Positions 31,535-41,928 of a stretch of 64,000 nucleotides of DNA are shown in pieces. The DNA comes from Pachysolen tannophilus NRRL Y-2460 (taxonomy: Eukaryota): positions 1,022,892 to 1,086,891 of the forward strand of contig KV454014.1 in the NCBI GenBank assembly GCA_001661245.1, written 5' to 3'. Position 1 is the first letter of the stretch. The number at the start of each line of letters is the position of its first letter. A program made the position numbers and the translations under genes. A model generated the notes under the pieces. The model was not told the origin of the DNA. It searched no databases and saw only the letters and a list, made by a program, of their open reading frames with translations.

Positions 31535-34500
31535 ATGCAGTCGACTAGCTCCAATACTGTTGGAGATCACGAAGATAATAATAATAATAATAATATAAAT
31601 AATAGTACCAAGAGTAGTAGTGGTAATAATGATCAGTTTTATGGTGATTCTGGTTCTAAAACATATCAAGTAGCGCAAGGTAATGAAGCTGTTTTTTCTT
31701 CACCAACATCGGATGGAAATTCAGGTCGAGGAAAAGTTTATGATGAAAGTAGCAACATGACCGAGTTGGTGGGGATGGAATCGCAGGACGTTTCTGTTTT
31801 TACTGGTGATAAAAATCATGCACCAACAAAGAGAAGAGCTGTTGCTTGTAAGTCATGTCATGCTTTGAAAGTTAAATGTACACCGATAGATGTAAAACTT
31901 CCATTAGGGCCTTGTGTTAGATGTGCTAAGGCGAAAAGAAAGTGTGAAGTGGATTTAGCTCCGGTAAAGAGAAGAAAGAGGAAAATTCAAAAAATTGCCG
32001 GTATTGGTGAAGTTGGAAATCTTTCTTCTCCCGATGATGATACAATAACAACTAACTATAATAATTCCAATCATCGTCATTCGACGATTACAAACGATGC
32101 AAAAGTGGACTTGTTAGAGCTGAGGATAAGGTTCTTGGAAGGACAACTTTCTAATCAACAAAAATCACAACAGTATCAGTACCAACCACATACACATAGT
32201 ACGAGCCCTGGAATGGTATTACATCCAAATTTAATGACTCTTCATCCTCCTGTTTCTAATCCAACACCAAATTTGACTCAAAGTAACTCTTATGGGTTTT
32301 TACCATTACAACATACATCTATGAGCATTAACAATAACAAAGATTATCAAAGCTTTGGGAAACCGCTGCTGATGCCTCTGGTTTCCAATCTTCAGCATAG
32401 ATCTTCTTTTATTATTAACGATAACAATCATAATAATGTCCCAAATCTGAATTTACAAGATACGCTGTTACATGAACCATCAGTACAGGCGACAACGTCA
32501 ATATTGCAACCAAGTTCAAATCGTGAGCGTTCCAGTATTACTTCTATTGTTCCTAGCAATCGTACGTCTTTGTTTGAAAAACAGATGTCGTCAAGTTTAG
32601 AAATTGGGCAAAGTCATACAAATACAGATGAACTTCAGAAGCTTCAAGAAGAAATAAATTTGTTAATGAACCATCCAAGTATTAAATTATCTCTGTTAGC
32701 TGCAAATGTTTTGAAAATTGCAGATAAGAGAATAGATCTCATCAATAATCAATTTGATAAATCTGAGAATGACATTATAGGGAAAGGATATATTACGAAA
32801 GAACAAGCTGAGGAAAGATTACGTTTGTATAAGGGTACAATGACAAAATTTTTCCCATTTGTCACAATTCCTGAAAATGAAACTGTTGAAAGTTTGAGTA
32901 GTGAGAAGCCATTTTTATTTTGTACTTTAATGTCAGTTACTGCTGTAGCTGTAGGGAAAGATCAAGTCTTGGAGAAGCAGTTCGATATAGACTTAGTTAC
33001 TATCAAATCAATTACAAATGAGGTTTTAATCATTGGGAACAAGTCAATGGAATTACTTAAAAGTTTATTATTATTATGCATCTGGTATAATACTCCTGAA
33101 TTGTTTCACCATAGGCGTTATCATTTGATCAATTCCTTATGTGTCTCAATGGTTAATGACTTGGGATTAACTGGTAGACCTTATTTTTATTATAATAGAG
33201 AAGAAGGCTCAGTATGTCAGACAGTTTCTTCTGATGACTTAAAGAGCCTAGAGTGTCGTCGTATATTGATGACCTCATATTTCACATCCATAAGCATATG
33301 CCTTTTCTTGAGGAGAAGGATGCAAGTCAGTTGGTCTAATTATTTAGAAGAATGCTGTGATGTTTTGTATAATAGCAATGTGGAAGGAGATAAGATTTTT
33401 GTCATATATACAGAATTAAACCATATGTTGGAAAAAATTTATTTTATTGTTCAATCTGTTAATGATGTTAACGAGGCATTAGAATTAAATTCTGAAAGAA
33501 TGAGGTATATTGTCAATGAATTACAATTGAATTTAAATAAAATCAAATCAAAGATCGATAAAGATGATCATTTAAAATTGGCATATTATTACTCTGTTCA
33601 AGCTTATCTCCATGAGCCAGCTTTACATAAATTGTTACCTAGTGCTAATAATAACAAGGGAATTGACATAGATCTTTTATATGTGGATTTACCGAAAAAC
33701 ATTCTGACATCAATAGATAAATGTACCCAATCGTGTTTGGCTACCTTGTATCATGCTAGTCAATTATCTTTAGAAGAAACAACTGTTATGCCATTATTTT
33801 TTTCATCCAGAATAATATACACAGCAGGTATGTTATTGAGATTAAGATATTTAGTTATTTCAATACCTTCAATGTCTGTTTTCAATTTTGTTCCTAGAGA
33901 GTCTGTTGAAAAAATCCACTTATTATCACAAAAACTTGAAAAGACATATCAAAACTATCCTTCAAACCATTTATTATGCAAGATAAGATTGGTTATTACT
34001 GTATTTAATCAAACATATACAACACAATTAAAGAATCTTTTGGAAGTTAAATCTAAAAAAAGAGATGAGTCTGATGAGAGAAACTATAGGTCCGAGAATC
34101 ATCTGGAAAGTTTGCTGCAAAAAGATCATAGATATTCATTAAAACCATTAGATATCTTATCTGATGCAGCTGCTAAAGCACATGCAGATTCTCAAAAAGA
34201 ATTTAAAGAAAATATTCTTTTCAAGATAACACCAGAAGAACTAAGTAAGAAATCAAATGAAATTTCGGATGACACAAATAATGGAGAGAGTACTAGTAAC
34301 TACGATAATCGTATCATAACAAATGTGAATTTAGACGCTGTGGAATTTTCTTACTACGCTTTAAATGACGAATTTTGGGGAGATTTACTAATGGGCGATA
34401 ATAATGTTGCAAACTTATATGAAAACAACTTTGCTGATAACAGCAACAACAATAACAATAATAATGATTATGAAGAGAACACTGGCGAAAACCCCAATAA

Positions 34501-34552
34501 TGGGTCGATCAGGTCGAATGGCTTGAACGGTAATGATGATATGGCGTTTTGA
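31535..34552 (+). CDS. WAR1: Zn(II)2Cys6 transcription factor, War1-like (weak-acid response)
   Basis: RRAVACKSCHALKVKCTP...PCVRCAKAKRKC resembles War1; follows HMG1 as in S. cerevisiae (YML075C/YML076C); first ATG at 31535. Confidence 0.8.
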   Translation: MQSTSSNTVGDHEDNNNNNNINNSTKSSSGNNDQFYGDSGSKTYQVAQGNEAVFSSPTSDGNSGRGKVYDESSNMTELVGMESQDVSVFTGDKNHAPTKRRAVACKSCHALKVKCTPIDVKLPLGPCVRCAKAKRKCEVDLAPVKRRKRKIQKIAGIGEVGNLSSPDDDTITTNYNNSNHRHSTITNDAKVDLLELRIRFLEGQLSNQQKSQQYQYQPHTHSTSPGMVLHPNLMTLHPPVSNPTPNLTQSNSYGFLPLQHTSMSINNNKDYQSFGKPLLMPLVSNLQHRSSFIINDNNHNNVPNLNLQDTLLHEPSVQATTSILQPSSNRERSSITSIVPSNRTSLFEKQMSSSLEIGQSHTNTDELQKLQEEINLLMNHPSIKLSLLAANVLKIADKRIDLINNQFDKSENDIIGKGYITKEQAEERLRLYKGTMTKFFPFVTIPENETVESLSSEKPFLFCTLMSVTAVAVGKDQVLEKQFDIDLVTIKSITNEVLIIGNKSMELLKSLLLLCIWYNTPELFHHRRYHLINSLCVSMVNDLGLTGRPYFYYNREEGSVCQTVSSDDLKSLECRRILMTSYFTSISICLFLRRRMQVSWSNYLEECCDVLYNSNVEGDKIFVIYTELNHMLEKIYFIVQSVNDVNEALELNSERMRYIVNELQLNLNKIKSKIDKDDHLKLAYYYSVQAYLHEPALHKLLPSANNNKGIDIDLLYVDLPKNILTSIDKCTQSCLATLYHASQLSLEETTVMPLFFSSRIIYTAGMLLRLRYLVISIPSMSVFNFVPRESVEKIHLLSQKLEKTYQNYPSNHLLCKIRLVITVFNQTYTTQLKNLLEVKSKKRDESDERNYRSENHLESLLQKDHRYSLKPLDILSDAAAKAHADSQKEFKENILFKITPEELSKKSNEISDDTNNGESTSNYDNRIITNVNLDAVEFSYYALNDEFWGDLLMGDNNVANLYENNFADNSNNNNNNNDYEENTGENPNNGSIRSNGLNGNDDMAF

Positions 34553-34833
34553 TATGAAATTGAATGCTTCTTTTCCACTTTTTTTTTTTTTGCTTTTTGC
34601 ATTTTTTGCAATTCACTGCTTATATGTATAAATAGTTCTTTAGTTAGTTTGGTTAGCATTTTGTTTATAAATTGGATTGGTATTTATAATAATAATTCAA
34701 ATTTGGTTTGTTCTGTATTCAATTTTTATTACTATTATTGTATAAAATTGAAAAATTGGAATAAAATTTCTTGATCTTATATGATAGATCAACTAAAGGG
34801 GTATAAAAGAACAACAAATTCAAACAACAAGAC

Positions 34834-35409
34834 ATGTTAGAAGAGGGAAAGCACCGAAGAACTAGAAATGATCCAGTTTCTGTTTCTTTTACGTTACTAG
34901 ACATTCTGCGAATGGTTATGGGGATATTATTGCTTAATGCATTCCTTTCTTTTTGGTTCACGTCATCCACGGTTTGGGGTTATGATGGTAAACTTTTAAA
35001 CCCTCAGTATTTGAAGTTTAAAACTTTTGGTTCATACTTGAACTTGAGTGTTGAAGAATTATCGCTATTCAATGGCTCTGATCCCAAATTGCCTATTTAT
35101 ATTGCAATTGGGGGTAGGATCTACGATGTTTCATCTTCATCTAAAATATATGGGGTTGGGAATAGTTACAATAAATTTAGTGGGAAAGATGCTTCGAGGG
35201 TATTCCATACAGGTTGCTTATATAAAGAAGATGAATACACTTATGATTTGAGAGGATTAGATGAAGAAAAAGCTTGGAAGGATATCCATCAATGGCAAAA
35301 TTATTACGATAATCATAAGAAATATTGGTATGTGGGTACTGTTCAACACAAGACTTTAAGAGGAGACCCACCTTCTCCTTGTATCAATACGATGAAGTAT
35401 CACCAATAA
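34834..35409 (+). CDS. Cytochrome b5-like heme/steroid-binding (MAPR family) membrane protein
   Basis: N-terminal TM segment; ELSLFNGSDPKLPIYIAIGGRIYDVS, YG.G.SY..FSGKDASRVF.TG. Confidence 0.85.
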   Translation: MLEEGKHRRTRNDPVSVSFTLLDILRMVMGILLLNAFLSFWFTSSTVWGYDGKLLNPQYLKFKTFGSYLNLSVEELSLFNGSDPKLPIYIAIGGRIYDVSSSSKIYGVGNSYNKFSGKDASRVFHTGCLYKEDEYTYDLRGLDEEKAWKDIHQWQNYYDNHKKYWYVGTVQHKTLRGDPPSPCINTMKYHQ

Positions 35410-35595
35410 TAGAAAGCTTTAATTATTTGGGTTTGGAGTAAGTTTTTTCTTTTTTTTTTGGTCAAATTAAATAATATTTATATATATATATATATTTAAA
35501 AGAAAAGATTGAATAAATAAATAAAAGGGGGTACATAATTGGAGTTCATTTCTTTCTCAATTCAATTTATTTTTCATAAAACAGCTCAGCTTGCT

Positions 35596-37434
35596 TCATA
35601 AATCATCACAGATTAAATTATTTCTAATAATATTAAGATCTTCTTCTTTGAAGTCCATGTGCTTTAACATGTAATTTGTGATACCACCAAATTTTTTGTT
35701 AAACATTTCGATTGTGTTTAACATTGCTTCACATCTCGAGGAAACAACATTTTGGAACCCTTCTTCTTCAATACTCCAATTTTTCCTACCTTTGACGATA
35801 GATTTTTCATAAGCTTGATAAAATTCTTTTTCTTTGTCAATATTCTTCAAAGTTTGTAAAAAATGTTTTCTCATATTTTCAATATTTGGTTTTAACCCTT
35901 CTGTAGTTAATTCGTACTCTTTAGAAATAGTAATCTTATCCAATCCACATAATAAATAAATTAACATTGTCATTATTCCTGTTCTATCTTTTCCTGCTGT
36001 ACAATGATAAAGAAATGGTTCACCTGGGTGATCTCTAATAAATAAAAATATTTGTTTAAAAGCATTCAGACCTTGAGTTAATATATCTTGATAAATTTCT
36101 TCATAAGTTGCCCATGAAATTACTAAATTTTTATAAATCATCATTAAATCTTCAGGAGAAGCAAGTGAATTAACAACTGGTACAAAATATCTTTTAACAC
36201 CTTCAATGTTTAAATAATCATCTTTTTCACATTCTTCTATTGATCTTAAATCAAATATTGTATTTATATTTAATTCTTTAAACAGATCTATACCTTTTGG
36301 AGTAATCTTACTAAGTAATGCACTTCTATAACCAATATGTGGTTTTATAAATTTATTTGTTTTAACTCTCCAACCTCCAATATCTCTAAAATTTGCAACT
36401 CCTTCAATTTTTTTCCATCTTGAAACAGAAGAAATATTAATTGTTCTATTATAAAATCTTGAAAGTTCAGATTCATGAGAAAAAAAATTAACTATAATTT
36501 CAGATACTTTATAATTATAATTAACTTTCCCAATTGCATTTAATGGCATTGGATCTTCAAGATTATTTATATCACCAAAAAAATTATGATCAGCATTTGG
36601 AATAAATTCTAATTGATGTTTATTACCTAATAAGTTTGCAAATTTAGTTGTATCTTCCAATGGAATAACATTTTCATTTAATCCATAAATACTTAAGACA
36701 TCATTATGTAAAAATTTAATTTTATTTAAATCTTTATGTGAAGTTAAATGTAAAGTTTCATTTTTTGGAACTAAATATTCTTTATATTCACCATTTTTAT
36801 AACCATAAATATAATAACCTTTTTTATCTTCCCAATCTAAATGTTTTCTTTTAACACTTGGTAAATGTAAAGAATAATCAAATCTTCCAGAACAATTAAT
36901 TAAATTTGGTACAAAAATATAATTTTTTTCATTTTTTTCTAAAATTTCTTGTTGTTTTAAAGCCCATTTAAACATTGTTAAAGTACCTCTTGAATGAGCA
37001 ACAATACCACTAATACTAAAATACATATTATTAAAACCACCATTAATCAGTTTATCTATAATTAATTCTAAATCTTCAATATCTTGATCAATTGTTCTAC
37101 CAATTTCTAAATTTTTACAATCTTGAGAATCTCCACAACCTCTAAAATCAAATCGTATACTGAAAATACCTAATTTTGAAGCTAATTCTTGAGCTAATAT
37201 TGAATTATAACAATAATTTTTATGACCACCATTACCATGTAATAATATAACTAATTTATGAGTTGAAGGTGAATAACCTTTAGAATAAAAATCTTCATCA
37301 AATAAAGCATGTGGGGATGTAAATATTGCAGATAAACCTTTTTCATTTTCTTGATTAGAAGAATTTGGAAATTTAACAAAAATTTTTTGTTCATTAAAAT
37401 TTAATGGTTTAACACGAGGACCTTTTGAACTCAT
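35596..37434 (-). CDS. Alpha/beta-hydrolase (YDL057W-like) fused to a Cys-based tyrosine/lipid phosphatase domain
   Basis: LLHGNGGHKN, FDFRGCGDS, AHSRG nucleophile elbow, ADHNF; then NFRDIGG, DLRS..E, HCTAGKDRTG; first ATG at 37434. Confidence 0.85.
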   Translation of the reverse strand: MSSKGPRVKPLNFNEQKIFVKFPNSSNQENEKGLSAIFTSPHALFDEDFYSKGYSPSTHKLVILLHGNGGHKNYCYNSILAQELASKLGIFSIRFDFRGCGDSQDCKNLEIGRTIDQDIEDLELIIDKLINGGFNNMYFSISGIVAHSRGTLTMFKWALKQQEILEKNEKNYIFVPNLINCSGRFDYSLHLPSVKRKHLDWEDKKGYYIYGYKNGEYKEYLVPKNETLHLTSHKDLNKIKFLHNDVLSIYGLNENVIPLEDTTKFANLLGNKHQLEFIPNADHNFFGDINNLEDPMPLNAIGKVNYNYKVSEIIVNFFSHESELSRFYNRTINISSVSRWKKIEGVANFRDIGGWRVKTNKFIKPHIGYRSALLSKITPKGIDLFKELNINTIFDLRSIEECEKDDYLNIEGVKRYFVPVVNSLASPEDLMMIYKNLVISWATYEEIYQDILTQGLNAFKQIFLFIRDHPGEPFLYHCTAGKDRTGIMTMLIYLLCGLDKITISKEYELTTEGLKPNIENMRKHFLQTLKNIDKEKEFYQAYEKSIVKGRKNWSIEEEGFQNVVSSRCEAMLNTIEMFNKKFGGITNYMLKHMDFKEEDLNIIRNNLICDDL

Positions 37435-38761
37435 GATTTTGATTAATGGAAACAATTAATTTAACAAAAATAAAAGAAAAGAGAAAAAAAAAAAAAGTAA
37501 TATCTTTAAGACAAATACTTATATATTTATATTACAATTTAAAAAATTATGCAAGGTATAAAAATTTAAACGGCAAGAGAACGAAACGAAAACAGAATAA
37601 AAATTAAGAGATATTGATTAACAATTAACTCCGAATCAAAAATTTCAATGCCAAAAATTTCAATGCCAAATTCACAAGATTAATTATTTAATATATATAC
37701 TAGACAACAAAAGAAACTTTTTTTTTTGCTTTTGGACTTCCTTATACATTGATTCTTTTATACTTGTCTTTAATAGTACCGTTTACTTATTGTATAAATT
37801 TATTCTTTAGTACTCGCATATTAAAAAATTGCCCCTCTAGTTGACTAGTAAAATCTAATGAAAAAATTTATTTGAAATCTTTAAAAGTATTAAAGAATTG
37901 AATGAACAATTGTTTAAAAAAAAATAAAAGTGGGGGGGGGGGGTCAAGGGGTCAAGTATTTATATCAAGCAATAGTTATCTAATTATTATTGGTTAATAG
38001 GAAAAGTGGAGTCTTTCTTTTCTTTTCTTTTCTTTTCTTCTCTTCTAGAAGCAAAGGGGAAACGGCTGATGAAAAGTCCTTTGCTGCAGTTTGTAACTTC
38101 TAAAAAAACTTTAGTACTGATAAAAAAAGAAAAACAATATACGGTACATATTATATTACGTTCATGCATAACAATAACTTCTCCTAGTAGGAAGTAAAAA
38201 AATAAGATTTCCATTTGGGTTTCCATTTGGTTTCCGTTTCCAGATTTGTTTCCGTTTTCATTTCCAGTTCCGCGAAGGAGAAGTGAAGGAAACTTTTTTA
38301 CGAAATTCGGAAACTAAAAAACTTTTCCTAAAAAAAAAAACTGCTTCAATTAAGAGAAAAAGAAAACATTTATACCTAAAAGTAAACTAGTAAAAGAAAA
38401 ATAACATTTTTTAATCAGTTTATATATATATTAATAATATAATTTTAATTTAATTTAATTTGAATTTTTTTTTTAATTTTGAAATTGGGGTTTTAAAGAC
38501 TTTGAGGCCATTTGATTGGATTGGACTAGTTAATTTAAAAATTGTTAAATTGAAGTTGTTTTTTTTTTTTTTTTTGTTTTTTGGTTTTTTGGATTTGTTG
38601 TTTTTCAATCATACTCAAGTTTAATTTTTTTTTCTTTTTTAAAGAAATTGAATTGAATCAAGTTAAATCTTTGTTACTATAATATATATATATATATATA
38701 TGTATGTGTTTGTGTATATCGAGAGATAGATGTATGCTTGATATACAATTAACTGTTTCAT

Positions 38762-41485
38762 ATGACTTCATTGCCAAATAAACCGTTGCCCTCGCAGCAG
38801 ATATATTCTGCTACATATTCTAATGTACCTGTTTATGAATATATTACACCAAATGGATCTATAATGAGAAGAAAAGCAGATGCATGGGTTAATGCTACTC
38901 ATATCTTGAAAGTTGCTGGTTTCCCCAAGGCAAAGAGAACAAGAATCTTGGAAAGAGATGTTCAAAGTGGTGTACATGAAAAAGTTCAAGGTGGATATGG
39001 TAAATATCAAGGAACTTGGGTACCATTAGAAAGAGGGAAAGAGTTGGCTGAACTGTTTGAAGTTGATCTATTATTGGCTCCGATATTCGACGTGCTAGAA
39101 ACAGAAGATGCAAATGCTCATCCTCCGGCCCCTAAACATCATCATATAAGTTCAAAAGCTTCAAAATTGGCTTTAGCTACAAGTAGAATTTCTACAAGAA
39201 ATGCAACTCCAACAACATCAGTAACAAATACTACAACAAATAATAATACAAAACCTTCTCTGGCAAAGAAAATGGCTAGTTTCCCATTGATGAAAAATAC
39301 TTCAACTTCTTCTGCCACCACCACCAATCCTACTAATGCTACAAGATCATCCGGAGCAAGTGGTGCACTGATGACTACAATTTTGAAATCTGGAGCTAAC
39401 AAGAAAAGAGGAAGACCTCCAAAGGCTACTGCAACTTCTGCTGCAATTAAGAAATCATTATCGTCAAATTCTATGGCTGCTACTGCAACAAAATCATCTA
39501 GCGGGAAATATTCACCTCCACCACAATTACCACCAATTGTAAATGCTTTACCTAAACCTGAAACTAGATCAATGGTGGATTATTCAACAAGATTACCCTC
39601 AATAACAAGTATACAGCCCAATCGTATGAAAAAGAAACTTCACATTGGTAACGGTGTAGATGATGATGAAGATGATGAAGGAATTGAACAAGAAGATGAA
39701 TATGCCGATGAAAATGACGACGATGATATTGAAGATGACGACAATGAAGATAATTTCAATTCATCCCCAATTTCAAGTGATATAAACGATACTGCAACTA
39801 CACATCACCATCATCATTTACATCAACTGTCATCTTCACCAAGTGATTTTATGAGTGATACAGATTTAGCAGCTGTTTTAAGATCTCCAGAGAATCCATT
39901 GAACAATGCTAGAAATAACCTTGAACACGTTTTAACAAATAATCATAATAATAATAATAGTAATAATCATAATCATAATCATAATAATCATAATGGACGT
40001 CATTATTATCAAGAAAGTAACTTCAATGACAGTATTGGAAATAATTTGAGCACCAGTGATACACGAAGAGCTTCAAGACCAAAATGGTTTGATTCTTATA
40101 AGAAAAGTCTTTTAGAATATTTTCAAACACCAGATGATGGAATTAATGAAATAAAGTTACCAGATTTTTTGATATATCCTCCAACTGATTTCGATATAAA
40201 TATATCGTTGGATAAAGATGATAACACAACCTTACATTGGGCATGTTCAATAGGTGATTTGACAATCATTGAAGCATTATTGAAAAATGGTGCTAATTCT
40301 AGATTTCCTAATAGAGAAGGTCAAGTACCTCTAATGCGTGCTGTAAGTTTTACAAATTCATATACAAAGAGATCATTCACGAGATTGTTATTTTTATTAA
40401 GAGATAGTCTCTTGGATAGTGATAATAATGGAAGAACATTGCTACACCTTATTGCAGCATCTACAAACTCCAGCTTAAGGTTAACAGCAGCGAAATATTA
40501 TATGGAAATGTTATTAAATAGAATTGTTGATTCTCAACCTGAAAAATTGAGTGGCTTTATAAATCATCAGGATAAAGATGGAGCTACAGCTCTACATATA
40601 TTAGTTAGAAATCGCGCTAAAAAATGTTATGATATGTTGATGGGATATGGTGCCAGAAATGACATTCCTGATAATCAAGGAATAACGCTGGATTATCTAC
40701 TAGGTCACAATGATTACATGCGCTCTTCAAATTCTGATTCACAATTTCTGCAATCACAACCACAGCCAATTAATCCATATTATCAACACTATAAATCTAC
40801 AAATTCATTAAATAGCTATTATCAACATGCGCAGCAATCTACAACTGCGGCACTTATGGCATCGAATATTGGTCCACATGTTATACCGACACCGCATTAC
40901 TCAGAAGCAGCTATCCAGGCTAATCAGACAGTAACTAGTGAATTAATCGATAAACTATCTGACTTGTCTAATGCATATGATAAGGAATCACAACAAAAAG
41001 AAGAAGAATTGAGCGAGTTGAAGAATATGATGAATAATATATCGGCTGAGATTCAAGATTTTGAAAATAAGAAGGCAACAAAGAATTTTCTGGATGACAT
41101 TGATTTGAAGTTATCTGAATCGCAAAATTTATTCAATTTGAAGCAATCAAAGTTGAAAAAAATCTTGGAAAGATCTCAGGCTAAAGATTTAGCCAGTTTG
41201 GTTCAGTTAAAGGAAACTGAAATGATCAAGGAAAAACAAGAAGAAGCAGAAGGAAACGATAATGATGATAATGACAAAAACAGTAAAGATTCCATCAACG
41301 AAGTAATCGGGTTAACTTTATTGCAATTGAAAAGAAAGATGATGGTTGAAAAATTATTGCTAGCGATTTCTAAAAATAGCGATACTAAAATAAACAAGTA
41401 TAAGCATTTGATAAGTTTATGTATCGACGAGAACGTCGATGATGACTTGTTAGATACTTTAATTCGTAATTTGGGAAGTGTATAA
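38762..41485 (+). CDS. MBP1: APSES/KilA-N plus ankyrin G1/S transcription factor (MBF subunit)
   Basis: QIYSATYSNVPVYE, WVNATHILK, HEKVQGGYGKYQGTW; ankyrin TLHWACSIG; neighbour of a YDL057W-like gene as in S. cerevisiae. Confidence 0.88.
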   Translation: MTSLPNKPLPSQQIYSATYSNVPVYEYITPNGSIMRRKADAWVNATHILKVAGFPKAKRTRILERDVQSGVHEKVQGGYGKYQGTWVPLERGKELAELFEVDLLLAPIFDVLETEDANAHPPAPKHHHISSKASKLALATSRISTRNATPTTSVTNTTTNNNTKPSLAKKMASFPLMKNTSTSSATTTNPTNATRSSGASGALMTTILKSGANKKRGRPPKATATSAAIKKSLSSNSMAATATKSSSGKYSPPPQLPPIVNALPKPETRSMVDYSTRLPSITSIQPNRMKKKLHIGNGVDDDEDDEGIEQEDEYADENDDDDIEDDDNEDNFNSSPISSDINDTATTHHHHHLHQLSSSPSDFMSDTDLAAVLRSPENPLNNARNNLEHVLTNNHNNNNSNNHNHNHNNHNGRHYYQESNFNDSIGNNLSTSDTRRASRPKWFDSYKKSLLEYFQTPDDGINEIKLPDFLIYPPTDFDINISLDKDDNTTLHWACSIGDLTIIEALLKNGANSRFPNREGQVPLMRAVSFTNSYTKRSFTRLLFLLRDSLLDSDNNGRTLLHLIAASTNSSLRLTAAKYYMEMLLNRIVDSQPEKLSGFINHQDKDGATALHILVRNRAKKCYDMLMGYGARNDIPDNQGITLDYLLGHNDYMRSSNSDSQFLQSQPQPINPYYQHYKSTNSLNSYYQHAQQSTTAALMASNIGPHVIPTPHYSEAAIQANQTVTSELIDKLSDLSNAYDKESQQKEEELSELKNMMNNISAEIQDFENKKATKNFLDDIDLKLSESQNLFNLKQSKLKKILERSQAKDLASLVQLKETEMIKEKQEEAEGNDNDDNDKNSKDSINEVIGLTLLQLKRKMMVEKLLLAISKNSDTKINKYKHLISLCIDENVDDDLLDTLIRNLGSV

Positions 41486-41928
41486 TAAGATAGAGGTGCT
41501 TTTTTTTTTTTTTTAATTTGTCATTTTAATTTCTGTCATATTTTTGTACTCTGAAGCTATTTTTGTTGTAATGGGCTCTAGTCAACGAAGGTATTTTGTA
41601 ATTGGTAATTTATTATTTAATAATATTAACTTTTTTTTGATATTAGTTTCAATTTTTTTTTGGCTATTTTACTTCTTTTTTTTTATGTAGAACAATTTCA
41701 TTAGTGTTTTAGTATTTTTTTTTTATATAATATTCAATTGATAAAACTCGCCTTCAACGCCACTTTAGTGTCAAATTAATTTGACCAAATACTACAACAT
41801 TTAAAAAGATATGGAGCATCATGAACAAATATACATATATTTACAGCGGTATATCAAAATGATTTCAAAATGAACAAAAAAAGAATAATAATAAAACAAA
41901 AGCAAAAATTAAATGTAAAATATATAAA

